64,000 bases of DNA from Anaeromyxobacteraceae bacterium (GCA_047602405.1 JASGHJ010000002.1:864001-928000); one strand, 5' to 3'. Shown: positions 20,495-30,723, numbered from the stretch's first letter. A program made the numbers and translations. Notes: generated by a model not told the origin, from the letters alone.

Positions 20495-20943
20495 TTCGGC
20501 TTCGCCGCCGGCCCGTGGCGGACGGCGTCCGGGTCGCGGCGCGCGGGGTTGCTCCGCGCGAGGAACTCGCCCAGCGGCACGTCGTTCATCCGGGTGTGGT
20601 AACGCAGCCACTCCGGCATGCGCGTGCGGACGATCTCGACGAGGCTCGGGGTGGGGCCGGCGCGCGTGATCTCCTGCTGCACGCCGAGCACGTCGGAGAC
20701 GAGCATGTCGTGCGAGGTCTTGTGGCGGAGCCGCTCCGGGTAGAGCGTCTCGACCATGATCCGCTCCTCCGCGGCGAGGTGGGCCACGAGGGCCTCCCCG
20801 AACCGGTTGAGCGCGACGAGGAGCGCGTCGCCGGGCAGCTCGACCGCGTCCGCGGCCACCTGGAGGAGGCGGAAAAGCCCGCGGTGCTGCGGATCGATCA
20901 GGTCGTGGTTCAGCGTCAGGTCCGGCGTCCACTCCGTCGACAT
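20491..20943 (-). CDS. Bacteriohemerythrin
   Basis: W...IDPQH, HLAAEE, HKTSH, WLRYHTRMND ligand pattern. Confidence 0.88.
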   Translation of the reverse strand: MSTEWTPDLTLNHDLIDPQHRGLFRLLQVAADAVELPGDALLVALNRFGEALVAHLAAEERIMVETLYPERLRHKTSHDMLVSDVLGVQQEITRAGPTPSLVEIVRTRMPEWLRYHTRMNDVPLGEFLARSNPARRDPDAVRHGPAAKPN

Positions 20944-21111
20944 GTCCGGCTGCCCCCCTGCGATCAACAAACCCGAGTCCGTGTGGAGCGGCAAGTGCTC
21001 CGATCGCCGGACACTCCGCGCCGCGACACGGTCGCGGTGTACCGGTGCGTACGGGCACCGCGGGTGCGGCGGTAGGATGGAGGTCTCGTCGAACGGCAGG
21101 GGGCGTGCGGG

Positions 21112-22675
21112 ATGGAGACGCGGCGCAGCGCAGGGTTCGCCGGGCGAGGCTGGGTCGCGGGGACCGCGGCCTGGCTCGCCGCCGCGGGCGCGCTCGCGTG
21201 GTCGCGCGAGCTCTGGCTCGACGAGGTGACCCAGCTCGCCGGGCTCCGCCTGCCGCCGGGCGCGCTCGTCGCCTGGCTGGCGGGGGCCGGGCTGGACGCC
21301 GGCGCGCCGCCGGATCGCGCCCCGCCGCTGTCCTACCTCGTCGGCCAGGTGTGGGCGCTCGCCTTCGGCGACGGGGTCCACGGGCTGCGGCTCCTCGGCG
21401 TGCTCGCGGTGGCGGCCGGGATCGCCGTCCTCGCCCGCGCCGCGGCCGAGGTGGGCGGGCCTGCGGCGGTGTGGGTGTGCGGCCTCGGGCTCGCGCTGTC
21501 GCCGGGCGCGCTCGTGGCCGGGGTGGAGCTGCGGTCCTATCCGCTCCTCCTCGCGCTCTCGTGCGTGCTCTTCGCGGAGGTGACCCGCGCGCTCGCGCGG
21601 CCGCCCGGCGCGCCGCGGGGCCCGGCGCTCGAGCTCGCGGCCGTCGCGGCGGGCTGGACCCACTTCTTCGGGCTCGTGGCGGCCCTCGCCGCGTTCGTCG
21701 CGCTCCTGCCCGCGGCGTGGTCCGACCGCGCCGCGCGCCGCCGCCTCGCGCTCGGCGCCGCCGCGGTGGCCGCGGCGTGCCTGCCCATCGCGCCGTTCGC
21801 GCTCGCGGCGTTCCGGCTCGGCGCGAACGCGGGGGCGCCGGGGCGCGAGGCGTCGGCGGGCGCGGGCGAGGTCGCCGCGGGGGCCGCGCGGCTCGGCTGG
21901 CGGCTCCTCGGCGGGCACGCCGCCGGCGCGGCGCTCGTCCTGCCCGCCGCGCTCGCCGTCGGCGCGTCGGCCGCGCTCGTGGCGCTCGCGCTCGCCGGCG
22001 CGCGGGGAGAGGCGCGCCGGGCGGCGCGCGGCCTCGCGCTGGGCCTCGGCGCGGGGCTCACCGCCACGCTCGCCGTGCGCCTCGCCGCCCGGTCGTTCGA
22101 CGCGCTCGTCCCCTCCTACGCGGTCTGGGCGCTGCCCCCGGTGGCGCTCCTGACCGGCCTCGCCGCGGCGTCCGCGGGGCGCGCCCGTACCGTGGCGCTC
22201 GCGCTCGGCGCGGCGCTCGTGGCGGGGCAGGGGGCGGCCGCGGCGACGCTGCTCGGCTGGCACGAGGTCTTCGCGTGGGCGCCGTCCGCGCGCCTCGCCG
22301 CGGAGGTCGCCGCGGCGGGTGGGCCGGAGGGCCTCGTCGTCCTGCACGACGGGGACGTCCGGCACGCCGCCTGGCCGCTGCGGGTGCTCGTGCCGCCGGC
22401 GCTCCGGCAGGAGGCCGTCGACGAGAATCCGCGCCCACCCCGAGCGGCTCGCCGGCGCCCCCCGCGTGCTGCTCGTCTCGACCCGCGCGCTCGACGCGGC
22501 CGCGCTCGGCGCCCTCGTCCGCGGCGCGCCGCCGCCGGCGCTCGCGGCCCCAGCGACGCGGGCGTGGCTCGAGGCCCAGGGGTTCCGGGGAGGCGGGGGG
22601 CGCACGCTCCCGGGCTTCCGCGCGTGCGAGGTGGAGCGCTTCGAGCGGGATCCCGCCCTCAGCGCACCACGCTGA
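21112..22675 (+). CDS. Polytopic membrane glycosyltransferase (GT-C/ArnT-PMT-like); +1 frameshift at ~22427
   Basis: LWLDE loop, PPLSY, ELRSY motifs, many TM helices; C-terminus lies in frame 22319-22675. Confidence 0.7.
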
Positions 22676-24122
22676 ACCGCCCGTCGTCGAGCCGCGCGAG
22701 GTGGTCGAGGTCGGGCGGGAGCTCGTCGCCGTGGTGCGAGACGACCACGAGCGTCGTCCCGCGGGCGGCCTCCTCGGCGAAGATCGCGAGCGCGGCCGCG
22801 CGGGTGGCGGCGTCGAGCCCGGCGAGGGGTTCGTCGAGGAGGAGCACCTCCGGCCCGGGCGCGAGCGCGCGCGCGAGGAGCAGCCGCCGCACCTCGCCGT
22901 ACGAGAGCCGCGCGGCGTCGCGGCCCTCGAGCGCGGAGACCCCGAGCCGGGCCATGGCCGCGCGCGCCGCGGCGAGGCGGTCCGGCGGCGGGTCCTCCCC
23001 GAGCCCGATGGCGCCCTCGAAGCCCGACGCCGCGATGCGCTCGGCGAGCCCGCCGTTCCGGTGCCGGGCCTGGAGCTCCGGCGACACGAGGCCCACGCGC
23101 CCGGCGAGCGCGAACCGGTCCGCGTCTGCCCCGAGGTCGAGCCGGAGCGCGGTGCCGGTCGCGGGCTGCTCCTCGCCCGCGAGGAGCCGGAGCAGCGTCG
23201 ACTTCCCCGCGCCGTTGCCGCCCACGACGCCCCAGCGCTCGCCGCGCCGCAGCGTCCAGTCGACGTCGCACAGCACCGGGCGACCCTCGACGAGCACCGT
23301 GACCCGGTCGAGGCGGAAGGCGACGGGCGCCGCGGCCGGGCGCCCCGCTCGCGCCGAGCGTGGGCCGTCCGGTCGTCCCGCGGGTGGCCGGCCGGAGTCG
23401 AAGGACGGGACCGCGATCGGCCGCTCCCTCTTCACCACCCGCCCGCCCTCGAGCCGGATCCGCTCGTGGAATCCGGCGCCAATCTCCTCCTCGCGGTGCG
23501 TCGCCATCGCGACCGCGGTGCCCCCGGCGAGGATGGCGCCCACCGCCTCGAGGAAGGCGCCCCGGGCCGCGGCGTCGAGCCCGTCGGCGGCCTCGTCGAG
23601 GAGGAGCGCCAGCGGGCGCGGCGCGAGCGCGCGCGCGAGGAGCACCCGCCGGCCCTCGCCGCGCGAGAGCTCGAGCACCGACCGGCCGAGGAGGTGCGCC
23701 ACGCCGAGCGCGTCGGCGACCTCGCGCACGCGGGCCGCCTGCGCGGGCGTGGCCGGCGCCTCCGGGTAGATCGCGCCGTCGAACCCCGAGCGGATGACGG
23801 TCTCGACGCCGAGCTCGAGGTCGCGCCGGACGTAGAGGTCCTGCGCCTCCGGCGACACGAGCGCGATCCGCTCGCGTGCGCCGATGGGGCTCCCGGAGGC
23901 CTCGCCGTCGACGTGGAACGTCCGCCCGCCCCGGCTCGCCGGGTGGGGCCACGCGTCGCCGCGCAGCAGGCGGAGCACGGTCGACTTCCCCGAGCCGTTC
24001 GGGCCGGTGAGCGCGAGCCCCTCGCCCCGCCGGAGCGTGAGCGAGACGTCCTCGACGAGCGTGCGGCCGGCGAGCCGGACGTCCACGCGGTCGAGCATGA
24101 CGAGCGGCGGCGCGGGCGTCAC
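22659..24122 (-). CDS. Double-domain ABC ATPase (ModF-like)
   Basis: Two Walker A (GPNGSGKST, GGNGAGKST), LSRGE/LSYGE signatures, two LLLDE. Confidence 0.85.
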   Translation of the reverse strand: MTPAPPLVMLDRVDVRLAGRTLVEDVSLTLRRGEGLALTGPNGSGKSTVLRLLRGDAWPHPASRGGRTFHVDGEASGSPIGARERIALVSPEAQDLYVRRDLELGVETVIRSGFDGAIYPEAPATPAQAARVREVADALGVAHLLGRSVLELSRGEGRRVLLARALAPRPLALLLDEAADGLDAAARGAFLEAVGAILAGGTAVAMATHREEEIGAGFHERIRLEGGRVVKRERPIAVPSFDSGRPPAGRPDGPRSARAGRPAAAPVAFRLDRVTVLVEGRPVLCDVDWTLRRGERWGVVGGNGAGKSTLLRLLAGEEQPATGTALRLDLGADADRFALAGRVGLVSPELQARHRNGGLAERIAASGFEGAIGLGEDPPPDRLAAARAAMARLGVSALEGRDAARLSYGEVRRLLLARALAPGPEVLLLDEPLAGLDAATRAAALAIFAEEAARGTTLVVVSHHGDELPPDLDHLARLDDGRFSVVR

Positions 24123-25231
24123 GGCGCGGCCCCCGGGCCACCCCGGATGCGCGCCGCGAGGGTGCACGCCTCCCGGTCGCCCGCCGCGCACGCCTCCTCG
24201 AAGCGCAGGAGGCCCTCGAACGGATCCTTCGGGCGGCCGTCGCCCGTGTAGAGCCGGTACCCGAGCATGTGCGCGATCGAGGCCACGTGGCGGCGGACGT
24301 CGGCGCGGAACTCCTCGTCCACGCCCGGCCGCGCGGGCCGGTCGAGCGGCCGGAGCAGCACGAGCGCCTCCTCGAGGCGGCCCTCCTGGGCGCGCGCGAG
24401 CGCCCGGTAGAAGCCGAAGGACTCGCCCTTCATGCCCTGCTGGTCCGCGTCGTCGAGGAGCCGGTTCGCCTCCATGAAGTCGCGGCCCCGGAGCGCCTGG
24501 TAAATCCGGTCTCCGAGCACGAGGGTGTCGTAGCGGGTCGGGCCGGGGCGCGGGCGGAGCGCGAGCGCGAGCGCCACGGCGAGGAGCGCGGCGCCGGGCA
24601 GGGCGGCCCGCCAGCGCGGGGCGGGCGCGAGCCGGACGAGCGCCACCGCGGCGCCCGCCGCGAAGCCGCCGGCGAGCGCGAGCCGGTCGGGTCCGAGCAG
24701 GTCGTTCCAGGCCGCGCCGGCAGGCAGCGCAGCCGGCGCGAGCGCGTCGGCGAGGAGCGCCGCCGCGGCCCAGGCGAGCCGGGGCCGCAGCGTGCGGGCG
24801 AGGGGCCCGGCGCCCGCGGCGTGCAGGACGAGCAGCGCGGCGGCGAGCCCGAGCACGACGCCCCCCGAGCCGGTGGAGACGGCGTCCGCGCCGAGGAGGG
24901 TGGCCGCGCCCGCACCGACGGCGGAGGCCGCCCAGGCGACGGCGAGCCAGGTGGTGCCGAGCGTCGCCTCGAGCAGGCTGCCCACGAGGAGCACGCCGAC
25001 GGCGTCCCCGAGCATGCGGCCCCCGGACGCGTGCAGGAACGGCGCGGTGAGGAGTCGCCAGGCCTGCCCGTCCCAGACGCGCCCGCGCTCGAGGGCCCCC
25101 CACGAGACGAGGGACAGCTCGTCCCCGGCGCCACGGGTCGCCGTCCACCCGTAGGCGGCGGCCATGGCGACCGAGAGCACCAGCGCACCCGTACCGATGG
25201 TGATCCGTGTCGCTGGGACGGGGGGCGGCAT
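24119..25231 (-). CDS. Rhomboid-family membrane protein with C-terminal TPR/SEL1-like region
   Basis: GQAWRLLTAPFLH; C-terminal GYRLYTGDGRPKD...ACAAGDREAC. Confidence 0.75.
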   Translation of the reverse strand: MPPPVPATRITIGTGALVLSVAMAAAYGWTATRGAGDELSLVSWGALERGRVWDGQAWRLLTAPFLHASGGRMLGDAVGVLLVGSLLEATLGTTWLAVAWAASAVGAGAATLLGADAVSTGSGGVVLGLAAALLVLHAAGAGPLARTLRPRLAWAAAALLADALAPAALPAGAAWNDLLGPDRLALAGGFAAGAAVALVRLAPAPRWRAALPGAALLAVALALALRPRPGPTRYDTLVLGDRIYQALRGRDFMEANRLLDDADQQGMKGESFGFYRALARAQEGRLEEALVLLRPLDRPARPGVDEEFRADVRRHVASIAHMLGYRLYTGDGRPKDPFEGLLRFEEACAAGDREACTLAARIRGGPGAAP

Positions 25232-25295
25232 CCGGGGGGAGTGTACCGGGGCCGTGGGCGGGTGTAACCCGCCGTTTCCGGCTAGGATCCCTGCG

Positions 25296-26219
25296 ATGCC
25301 GGAATTCGTGTTCAACCCCCGCCGCTCGCCCCGCGCGCCAATCCGCTGCGCCACGCAGGTCATCACCGCCCGCGGCACCGTGGACGCGACGACCGAGGAC
25401 GTGGGCATGCGCGGCGTGCAGGTCGTGTCGCCGAGGCAGCTGCACAAGGGCGAGCCGATCCGGCTGATCCTCGAGCACCCCACCGTGAAGCGCGCGCTCG
25501 AGCTCGCGGGCCACGTGAGCTGGGCGACCCCGCACGCGCCCTGGCGCGCCGGCGTCGCGTTCGACGAGCAGGGCCTCGGGGCGGCCCGCCGCTGGTACGA
25601 GCAGCTCGTCGAGGCGAACCCGGGCCTGCCGACGCTCGACCGCGTGCCGGACCGCATCGCGCTCGACGCCTCGGTGTTCCTCGGGGCGCCGCCGCGCTGG
25701 GTCGTCGACTTCACGGTGGACGAGGCGCTCGTGCTCCGCGCGATCGGCAGCGGCGCGACGCTCGAGGACCTGAAGGTGAAGCTGCGCGACCGCTGGGGTG
25801 CCTGCCAGCGCGCGGTGTTCTCGCTGCTCGCGCGCCACCACGTGACGCTGCAGCGCGGGCAGGGCGTGCACCCCGACGCCTGGAAGCGGATCCTCGCCGA
25901 CCTCGAGGCCGAGGCGGCCCTCGGCGAGATCGCGCCGCCCACGCCCACGCCCGCTCCCGTGGCCATCCGCCCCGCGCCCCCGGTCGCGGCCCCGGTCGCG
26001 GCCCCGGCGCCCGTCCCGGCCCCGGCGCCCGCCGCGAAGGGGCGCTCGCCGGACGCCGAGGAGTGCCTGCAGCGCGGCCTCGCCGAGCTCGGCAAGGGCA
26101 ACATCGCGAGCGGCGTCGCCCTGCTCCGGCGCGCCGCGCAGCTGTCGCCCGGCGACGAGGAGATCCTGACGACGCTCTGGAAGGCCTCCTCGACGGCGGC
26201 CTCCTCGCGGCGGGCGTAG
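25296..26219 (+). CDS. PilZ-domain protein
   Basis: RRSPR and DVGMRG motifs; Pro/Ala linker; TPR-like end. Confidence 0.8.
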   Translation: MPEFVFNPRRSPRAPIRCATQVITARGTVDATTEDVGMRGVQVVSPRQLHKGEPIRLILEHPTVKRALELAGHVSWATPHAPWRAGVAFDEQGLGAARRWYEQLVEANPGLPTLDRVPDRIALDASVFLGAPPRWVVDFTVDEALVLRAIGSGATLEDLKVKLRDRWGACQRAVFSLLARHHVTLQRGQGVHPDAWKRILADLEAEAALGEIAPPTPTPAPVAIRPAPPVAAPVAAPAPVPAPAPAAKGRSPDAEECLQRGLAELGKGNIASGVALLRRAAQLSPGDEEILTTLWKASSTAASSRRA

Positions 26220-26301
26220 TCCCAGGAACTTCCGGCGGTTCTTGAACTCGCCTCGCGGCGCTGGTACCACGTCGGGACACCCCGACCGAGGGCCCCCCAC
26301 G

Positions 26302-29300
26302 ATGTTCAGAATCGTCCGCCGCGAGGCGTTCTCCGACACGACCTTCCTGTGGGAGGTGGAGGCGCCCGACGTGGCCGCCTCCGCCGAGCCCGGCCACTTC
26401 GTGATGGTCCGCCTGCACGAGGGCTCGGAGCGCATCCCGCTCACCGTCGCCGACTTCGATCGCGAGCGGGGCACGATCACGATGGTGATCCAGGCCCTCG
26501 GCAAGACGACGAAGGAGATGATGGCCCGCTACGCGGAGGGCGACGCCTTCGACGACTTCGTCGGCCCGCTCGGCCTCCCGCAGCACGTCGGCAAGGTCGG
26601 CCACGTGGTGCTGGTCGGCGGCGGCCTCGGCGTCGCGCCGGTCTACCCCCAGCTGCGCGCGTTCAAGGCGGCCGGCAACCGGACCACCGGCGTCATCGGC
26701 TTCCGCTCGAAGGGGCTCGTCTTCTGGGAGGACCGCTTCCGCGACCACTGCGACGACCTCGTCGTCTGCACCGACGACGGCTCGTACGGCAAGCCCGGCT
26801 TCGTCACGCAGGCGCTGAAGGAGCTCTGCGAGAAGGACCGGCCGGACCTCGTCGTCGCGATCGGTCCCTTGCCGATGATGAACGCCTGCGTCGAGACCAC
26901 CCGCCCGTTCGGCGTGAAGACCATGGTCTCCCTGAACGCGATCATGGTCGACGGCACCGGCATGTGCGGCTCCTGCCGGGTGACGGTGGACGGCAAGGTG
27001 AAGTTCGCCTGCGTCGACGGCCCGGACTTCGACGGCCACCAGGTCGACTTCAAGGAGCTCACCGCCCGCCAGCGCCGGTTCAAGGCCCAGGAGGCCGCGG
27101 CGGGCGAGGACTACGCGCACGTCTGCAACCTCGAGAAGCAGCTCTTCGAGGAGCAGAAGCGCAACTACAAGAAGCTGAAGGAGCTCCAGCCCACCCAGAC
27201 GCACATGCCCGAGCGCGACGCGCTCGAGCGCGCCCGGAACTTCAAGGAGGTCAACCTCGGCTACCGCCTCGAGGAGGCGCTCGTCGAGGCCGAGCGCTGC
27301 ATCCAGTGCGCGAAGCCGACGTGCATCGCGGGCTGCCCGGTCGGCATCGACATCCCGAAGTTCATCCGCCACCTCCTCGTCCGCGACCTCGACGGCGCGC
27401 TCCAGGCCATCCACGGCTCGAACCTGTTCCCGTCCATCTGCGGGCGGGTCTGTCCGCAGGAGAGCCAGTGCGAGGCGCAGTGCATCATCGCGAAGAAGAT
27501 GGAGCCCGTCGCCATCGGCCGCCTCGAGCGGTTCGTGGGCGACCACGCCATCCCGGAGGCGCCCGCCGGGCGCCGGGTGGCCGGCCTCGGCAAGGTCGCG
27601 GTCTGCGGCTCCGGCCCCGCCGGCCTCGCCTGCGCCGCCGACCTCGTTCGGATGGGCGCCGACGTGACCGTGTACGAGGCGCTGCACGTCGTCGGCGGCG
27701 TGCTCCGCTACGGCATCCCCGCCTTCCGCCTCCCGCGCGAGATCATCGACCGCGAGGTCCGCTACCTCGAGTCCCTCGGCGTGAGGTTCGTGACGAACCG
27801 GGTCATCGGGAAGACCTTCACCGTCCCGCAGCTCATGAAGGATCGCGGCTACGACGCCGTGTTCCTCGGCGTGGGCGCGGGCGCGCCGGCCTTCCTCGGC
27901 ATCCCGGGCGAGTTCGCCGGGCAGGTCTACTCGGCGAACGAGTTCCTCACCCGCGTGAACCTGATGGGCGGCGACCGGTTCCCGTACCTCGACACGCCCA
28001 TCGCGCTCGGGAAGAGCGTCGTGGTCGTGGGCGCGGGCAACACCGCCATGGACTGCCTGCGGGTCGCGAAGCGGCTCGGGGTGCCCACCGTGCGGTGCGT
28101 GTACCGCCGCAGCGAGGCCGAGGCGCCCGCGCGCATCGAGGAGCTCCGCCACGCGAAGGAGGAGGGGATCGAGTTCCACTTCCTCCACTCGCCCACCGAG
28201 ATCATCACCGACGAGGGCGGCAACGTGAAGGGCATGAAGGTCGAGCGCATGGTGCTCGGCGAGCCCGACGCGAAGGGGCGCCGCAAGCCCATCGGCACCG
28301 GCGAGCTCGTCGAGCTCGCGTGCGACACGGTCATCGCGGCCCTCGGCACGAAGGCGAACCCGATCGTCGCGGGCTCCACGCCCGGCCTCCAGACCGACCC
28401 CCGCGGCAACATCGCCGCCGACGACGGCGGGCCGGGCGCCACCCAGGCCACGAGCCTCCCCGGCGTCTTCGCGGGCGGCGACATCGTGACCGGCGGCGCG
28501 ACCGTGATCCTCGCCATGGGCGCCGGCCGGAGGGCCGCCCGCGCAATCGGCGCGTATCTGTCTCTGGGCAAGAAGTGGCCGCTCGCCCGCGAGGACGTCG
28601 ACGCGTTCGAGCCGCCCACGCCCGCGCTCGAGCCCGCCGAGGCGCCGGCGCGCTTCGCCGGGGCCACCGCGCAGGCGGGCGCGCTCCAGGCGGCCGTGGG
28701 CGCCTGCCCGCGCTGCCACCAGCCGATCGAGGGCGACGAGTCCTACGTCTGCTGCGCGGGCGCGTCGCTCTCCTGGCGGTGCACCGCCTGCGGGAAGGTC
28801 GACGAGGGCTTCGCGTTCCCGTACGGCCAGTGCCGCGCCTGCGGCGGCAGGCTCGAGACGGTCACCCCGCGGGAGGTCGCCGGGGCCGCGCCGCTCGAGG
28901 CGGTCCGCACCGCGTTCGAGATCGAGCTCGGCGGCATGGCGTTCTACGGGCGCGCCGCCGAGGAGGCGAAGGATCCCGAGCTGAAGGAGCTCTTCGGCCG
29001 GTTCGCCGGCATGGAGCGCGAGCACATGGCGACGCTCTCGCGCCGCTACCACGTGCGCCCGCCGGACCCGTCCGAGGGCTTCCACACCGATCGCGCCGCG
29101 GTCTACGCCGGCATCCCGAGCCACCCCGGGGACCCCGCCAACCTGTTCCGGATCGCGATCGCGTTCGAGCAGCGGGCCGTGGAGTTCTTCGAGGGGAGGG
29201 TGGGGCAGACCGCGGCCGGGTCGCCCGAGCGGCAGCTCTACCTGGAGCTCGCCGCGGAGGAGCGCGAGCACGTCGACCGGCTCGTCACCGAGCTCGAGCG

Positions 29301-29331
29301 GTGGAAGCGGGGCCAGCGCGGCCTCCTCTGA
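26302..29331 (+). CDS. nfnAB: Fused NfnA-NfnB (SudB/SudA, GltD-like) flavoprotein with C-terminal Cys cluster and ferritin/rubrerythrin-like domain
   Basis: ERIPLT, GGGLGVAP, DGTGMCGSCRV...CVDGPDF; CIQC/CPV/CGRVCPQESQCE; GSGPAG, GAGNTAMDC, FAGGD; two EREH motifs. Confidence 0.88.
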   Translation: MFRIVRREAFSDTTFLWEVEAPDVAASAEPGHFVMVRLHEGSERIPLTVADFDRERGTITMVIQALGKTTKEMMARYAEGDAFDDFVGPLGLPQHVGKVGHVVLVGGGLGVAPVYPQLRAFKAAGNRTTGVIGFRSKGLVFWEDRFRDHCDDLVVCTDDGSYGKPGFVTQALKELCEKDRPDLVVAIGPLPMMNACVETTRPFGVKTMVSLNAIMVDGTGMCGSCRVTVDGKVKFACVDGPDFDGHQVDFKELTARQRRFKAQEAAAGEDYAHVCNLEKQLFEEQKRNYKKLKELQPTQTHMPERDALERARNFKEVNLGYRLEEALVEAERCIQCAKPTCIAGCPVGIDIPKFIRHLLVRDLDGALQAIHGSNLFPSICGRVCPQESQCEAQCIIAKKMEPVAIGRLERFVGDHAIPEAPAGRRVAGLGKVAVCGSGPAGLACAADLVRMGADVTVYEALHVVGGVLRYGIPAFRLPREIIDREVRYLESLGVRFVTNRVIGKTFTVPQLMKDRGYDAVFLGVGAGAPAFLGIPGEFAGQVYSANEFLTRVNLMGGDRFPYLDTPIALGKSVVVVGAGNTAMDCLRVAKRLGVPTVRCVYRRSEAEAPARIEELRHAKEEGIEFHFLHSPTEIITDEGGNVKGMKVERMVLGEPDAKGRRKPIGTGELVELACDTVIAALGTKANPIVAGSTPGLQTDPRGNIAADDGGPGATQATSLPGVFAGGDIVTGGATVILAMGAGRRAARAIGAYLSLGKKWPLAREDVDAFEPPTPALEPAEAPARFAGATAQAGALQAAVGACPRCHQPIEGDESYVCCAGASLSWRCTACGKVDEGFAFPYGQCRACGGRLETVTPREVAGAAPLEAVRTAFEIELGGMAFYGRAAEEAKDPELKELFGRFAGMEREHMATLSRRYHVRPPDPSEGFHTDRAAVYAGIPSHPGDPANLFRIAIAFEQRAVEFFEGRVGQTAAGSPERQLYLELAAEEREHVDRLVTELERWKRGQRGLL

Positions 29332-29443
29332 GCGGGGGCGAAGCCCCGGGAGCACGGGCGCACCCCGGCGAGGGCCCGCCATTTCCCGGTTGGCCCTCGC
29401 GTCGACTTCGGGTTAAGGCCTCCTTCTCCCCGGAGGGTGGACC

Positions 29444-30271
29444 ATGCGGCTCGACGACGACGGCGATCGCTCGAACGTGGAGGACCGGCGCGGCCTCGGC
29501 GGCGCGGGCGTGAAGCTCGGGCTCGGCGGCACGCTCGTGCTGATCGTGCTCTCGCTCGTCTTCAAGCAGGACATGTTCGCCCTCCTCGGCACCTCGCCGG
29601 GCGGCAGCGGCGGCGGCGCGGTCTCGCAGGAGGAGGCGCAGCAGCGCACGGCCGCCGAGCAGGCGCTCGAGAAGACCGCCGTGGCGACCTTCAACGACGC
29701 CCAGCGGCGCTTCGCCTCGATGGTGCGCGGCTACCGCCCGGCGAAGCTCGTGCTGTTCTGGGACCGGGTCGACTCGGGCTGCGGCGCCGCCGAGGCGGCG
29801 ATGGGGCCGTTCTACTGCCCGGCCGACGAGAAGGTGTACATCGACCTCGGCTTCTACCGGGAGCTCGCCTCGCGCTTCGGCGCGCCGGGCCAGTTCGCGC
29901 AGGCGTACGTCATCGCCCACGAGGTCGGCCACCACGTCCAGAACGTGCTCGGCACCTCCGAGAAGGTGCACGACGCGCAGGCGCGCGACCCCGGCCAGCG
30001 GAACCCGCTCTCGGTGCGGCTCGAGCTGCAGGCCGACTGCTACGCGGGCGCGTGGGGCCAGACGGCGCAGCAGCGCGACCTGCTCGATCCGGGCGAGGTC
30101 GAGCAGGGGCTGCGCGCCGCGGCGGCCGTCGGCGACGACCGGATCCAGAAGGCCGCGACCGGCCGCGTGAACCCCGAGGCGTTCACGCACGGCTCCGCCG
30201 AGCAGCGGATGCGCTGGTTCAAGACCGGCATGGACGCGGGCGACCTCGCGGCGTGCGACACGTTCCGGTAG
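29444..30271 (+). CDS. Neutral zinc metallopeptidase (YpfJ family)
   Basis: SNVEDRR, GPFYCPAD, AHEVGHHVQ, ELQADC, FTHGS. Confidence 0.92.
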   Translation: MRLDDDGDRSNVEDRRGLGGAGVKLGLGGTLVLIVLSLVFKQDMFALLGTSPGGSGGGAVSQEEAQQRTAAEQALEKTAVATFNDAQRRFASMVRGYRPAKLVLFWDRVDSGCGAAEAAMGPFYCPADEKVYIDLGFYRELASRFGAPGQFAQAYVIAHEVGHHVQNVLGTSEKVHDAQARDPGQRNPLSVRLELQADCYAGAWGQTAQQRDLLDPGEVEQGLRAAAAVGDDRIQKAATGRVNPEAFTHGSAEQRMRWFKTGMDAGDLAACDTFR

Positions 30272-30272
30272 T

Positions 30273-30484
30273 CCGTACGTCCCGAGCCGCTGCCCGTACG
30301 TCCCGAGCCCTGCCCGTACCGAGCCGCTACCCGCACGTCCCGAGCCGCTGCCCGTCCCGAGCCGCTACCCGTACGTCCCGAGCCGCTACCCGCAGGTCCC
30401 GAGTTGCTACCCGCAGGTCCCGAGCCCTGCCCGTACGTCCCGAGCCCTGCCCGTACGTCCCGAGCCCTGCCCGTACGTCCCGAG
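30273..30484. repeat. Degenerate tandem array, about 11 units of 17-21 bp
   Basis: Unit CCGTACGTCCCGAGCC(G)CT(G/A)C repeated without unique spacers. Confidence 0.9.
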
Positions 30485-30522
30485 CGTAGCCGCCGCGCAG
30501 CGGCGGCGGAGACGAGGGACGG
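30471..30522 (+). repeat. 52-bp REP-like palindromic element, copy 1
   Basis: Near-identical to 41874-41925 and to the reverse complement of 62944-62995. Confidence 0.85.
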
Positions 30523-30537
30523 AGACGAGGGAGCGAC

Positions 30538-30723
30538 CTACCGTCCCCGCTGGCTCGCCCGCCGGGTCTGGTGGGCGACGAACGGGTTCGACGGCTTCGC
30601 GGCCTGGCGGACCAGCCCCTCGGGCTTCGCGTCCGGGCCGTGCGCGTGCTCCTCGCCCGCGGCGACCGGGGTGGCCCGGTGGACCGGCTTCCCGTCCTTC
30701 TTCCGCTTCTTCGAGACCGGCAT
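30538..30723 (-). CDS. Small basic hypothetical protein (61 aa)
   Basis: MPVSKKRKKDGK...; GGAG RBS; host-like codons. Confidence 0.6.
   Translation of the reverse strand: MPVSKKRKKDGKPVHRATPVAAGEEHAHGPDAKPEGLVRQAAKPSNPFVAHQTRRASQRGR

Noticed and set aside
28700..28720. CPRCH as a heme c site in the Nfn fusion
   Set aside because: The protein has no export signal; the motif fits better as part of a Cys metal cluster
26302..29331. Glutamate synthase
   Set aside because: No large subunit nearby, and the NfnA-like N-terminus points to Nfn/Sud
30273..30484. Possible CRISPR array
   Set aside because: Units are contiguous with no unique spacers and no cas genes are visible
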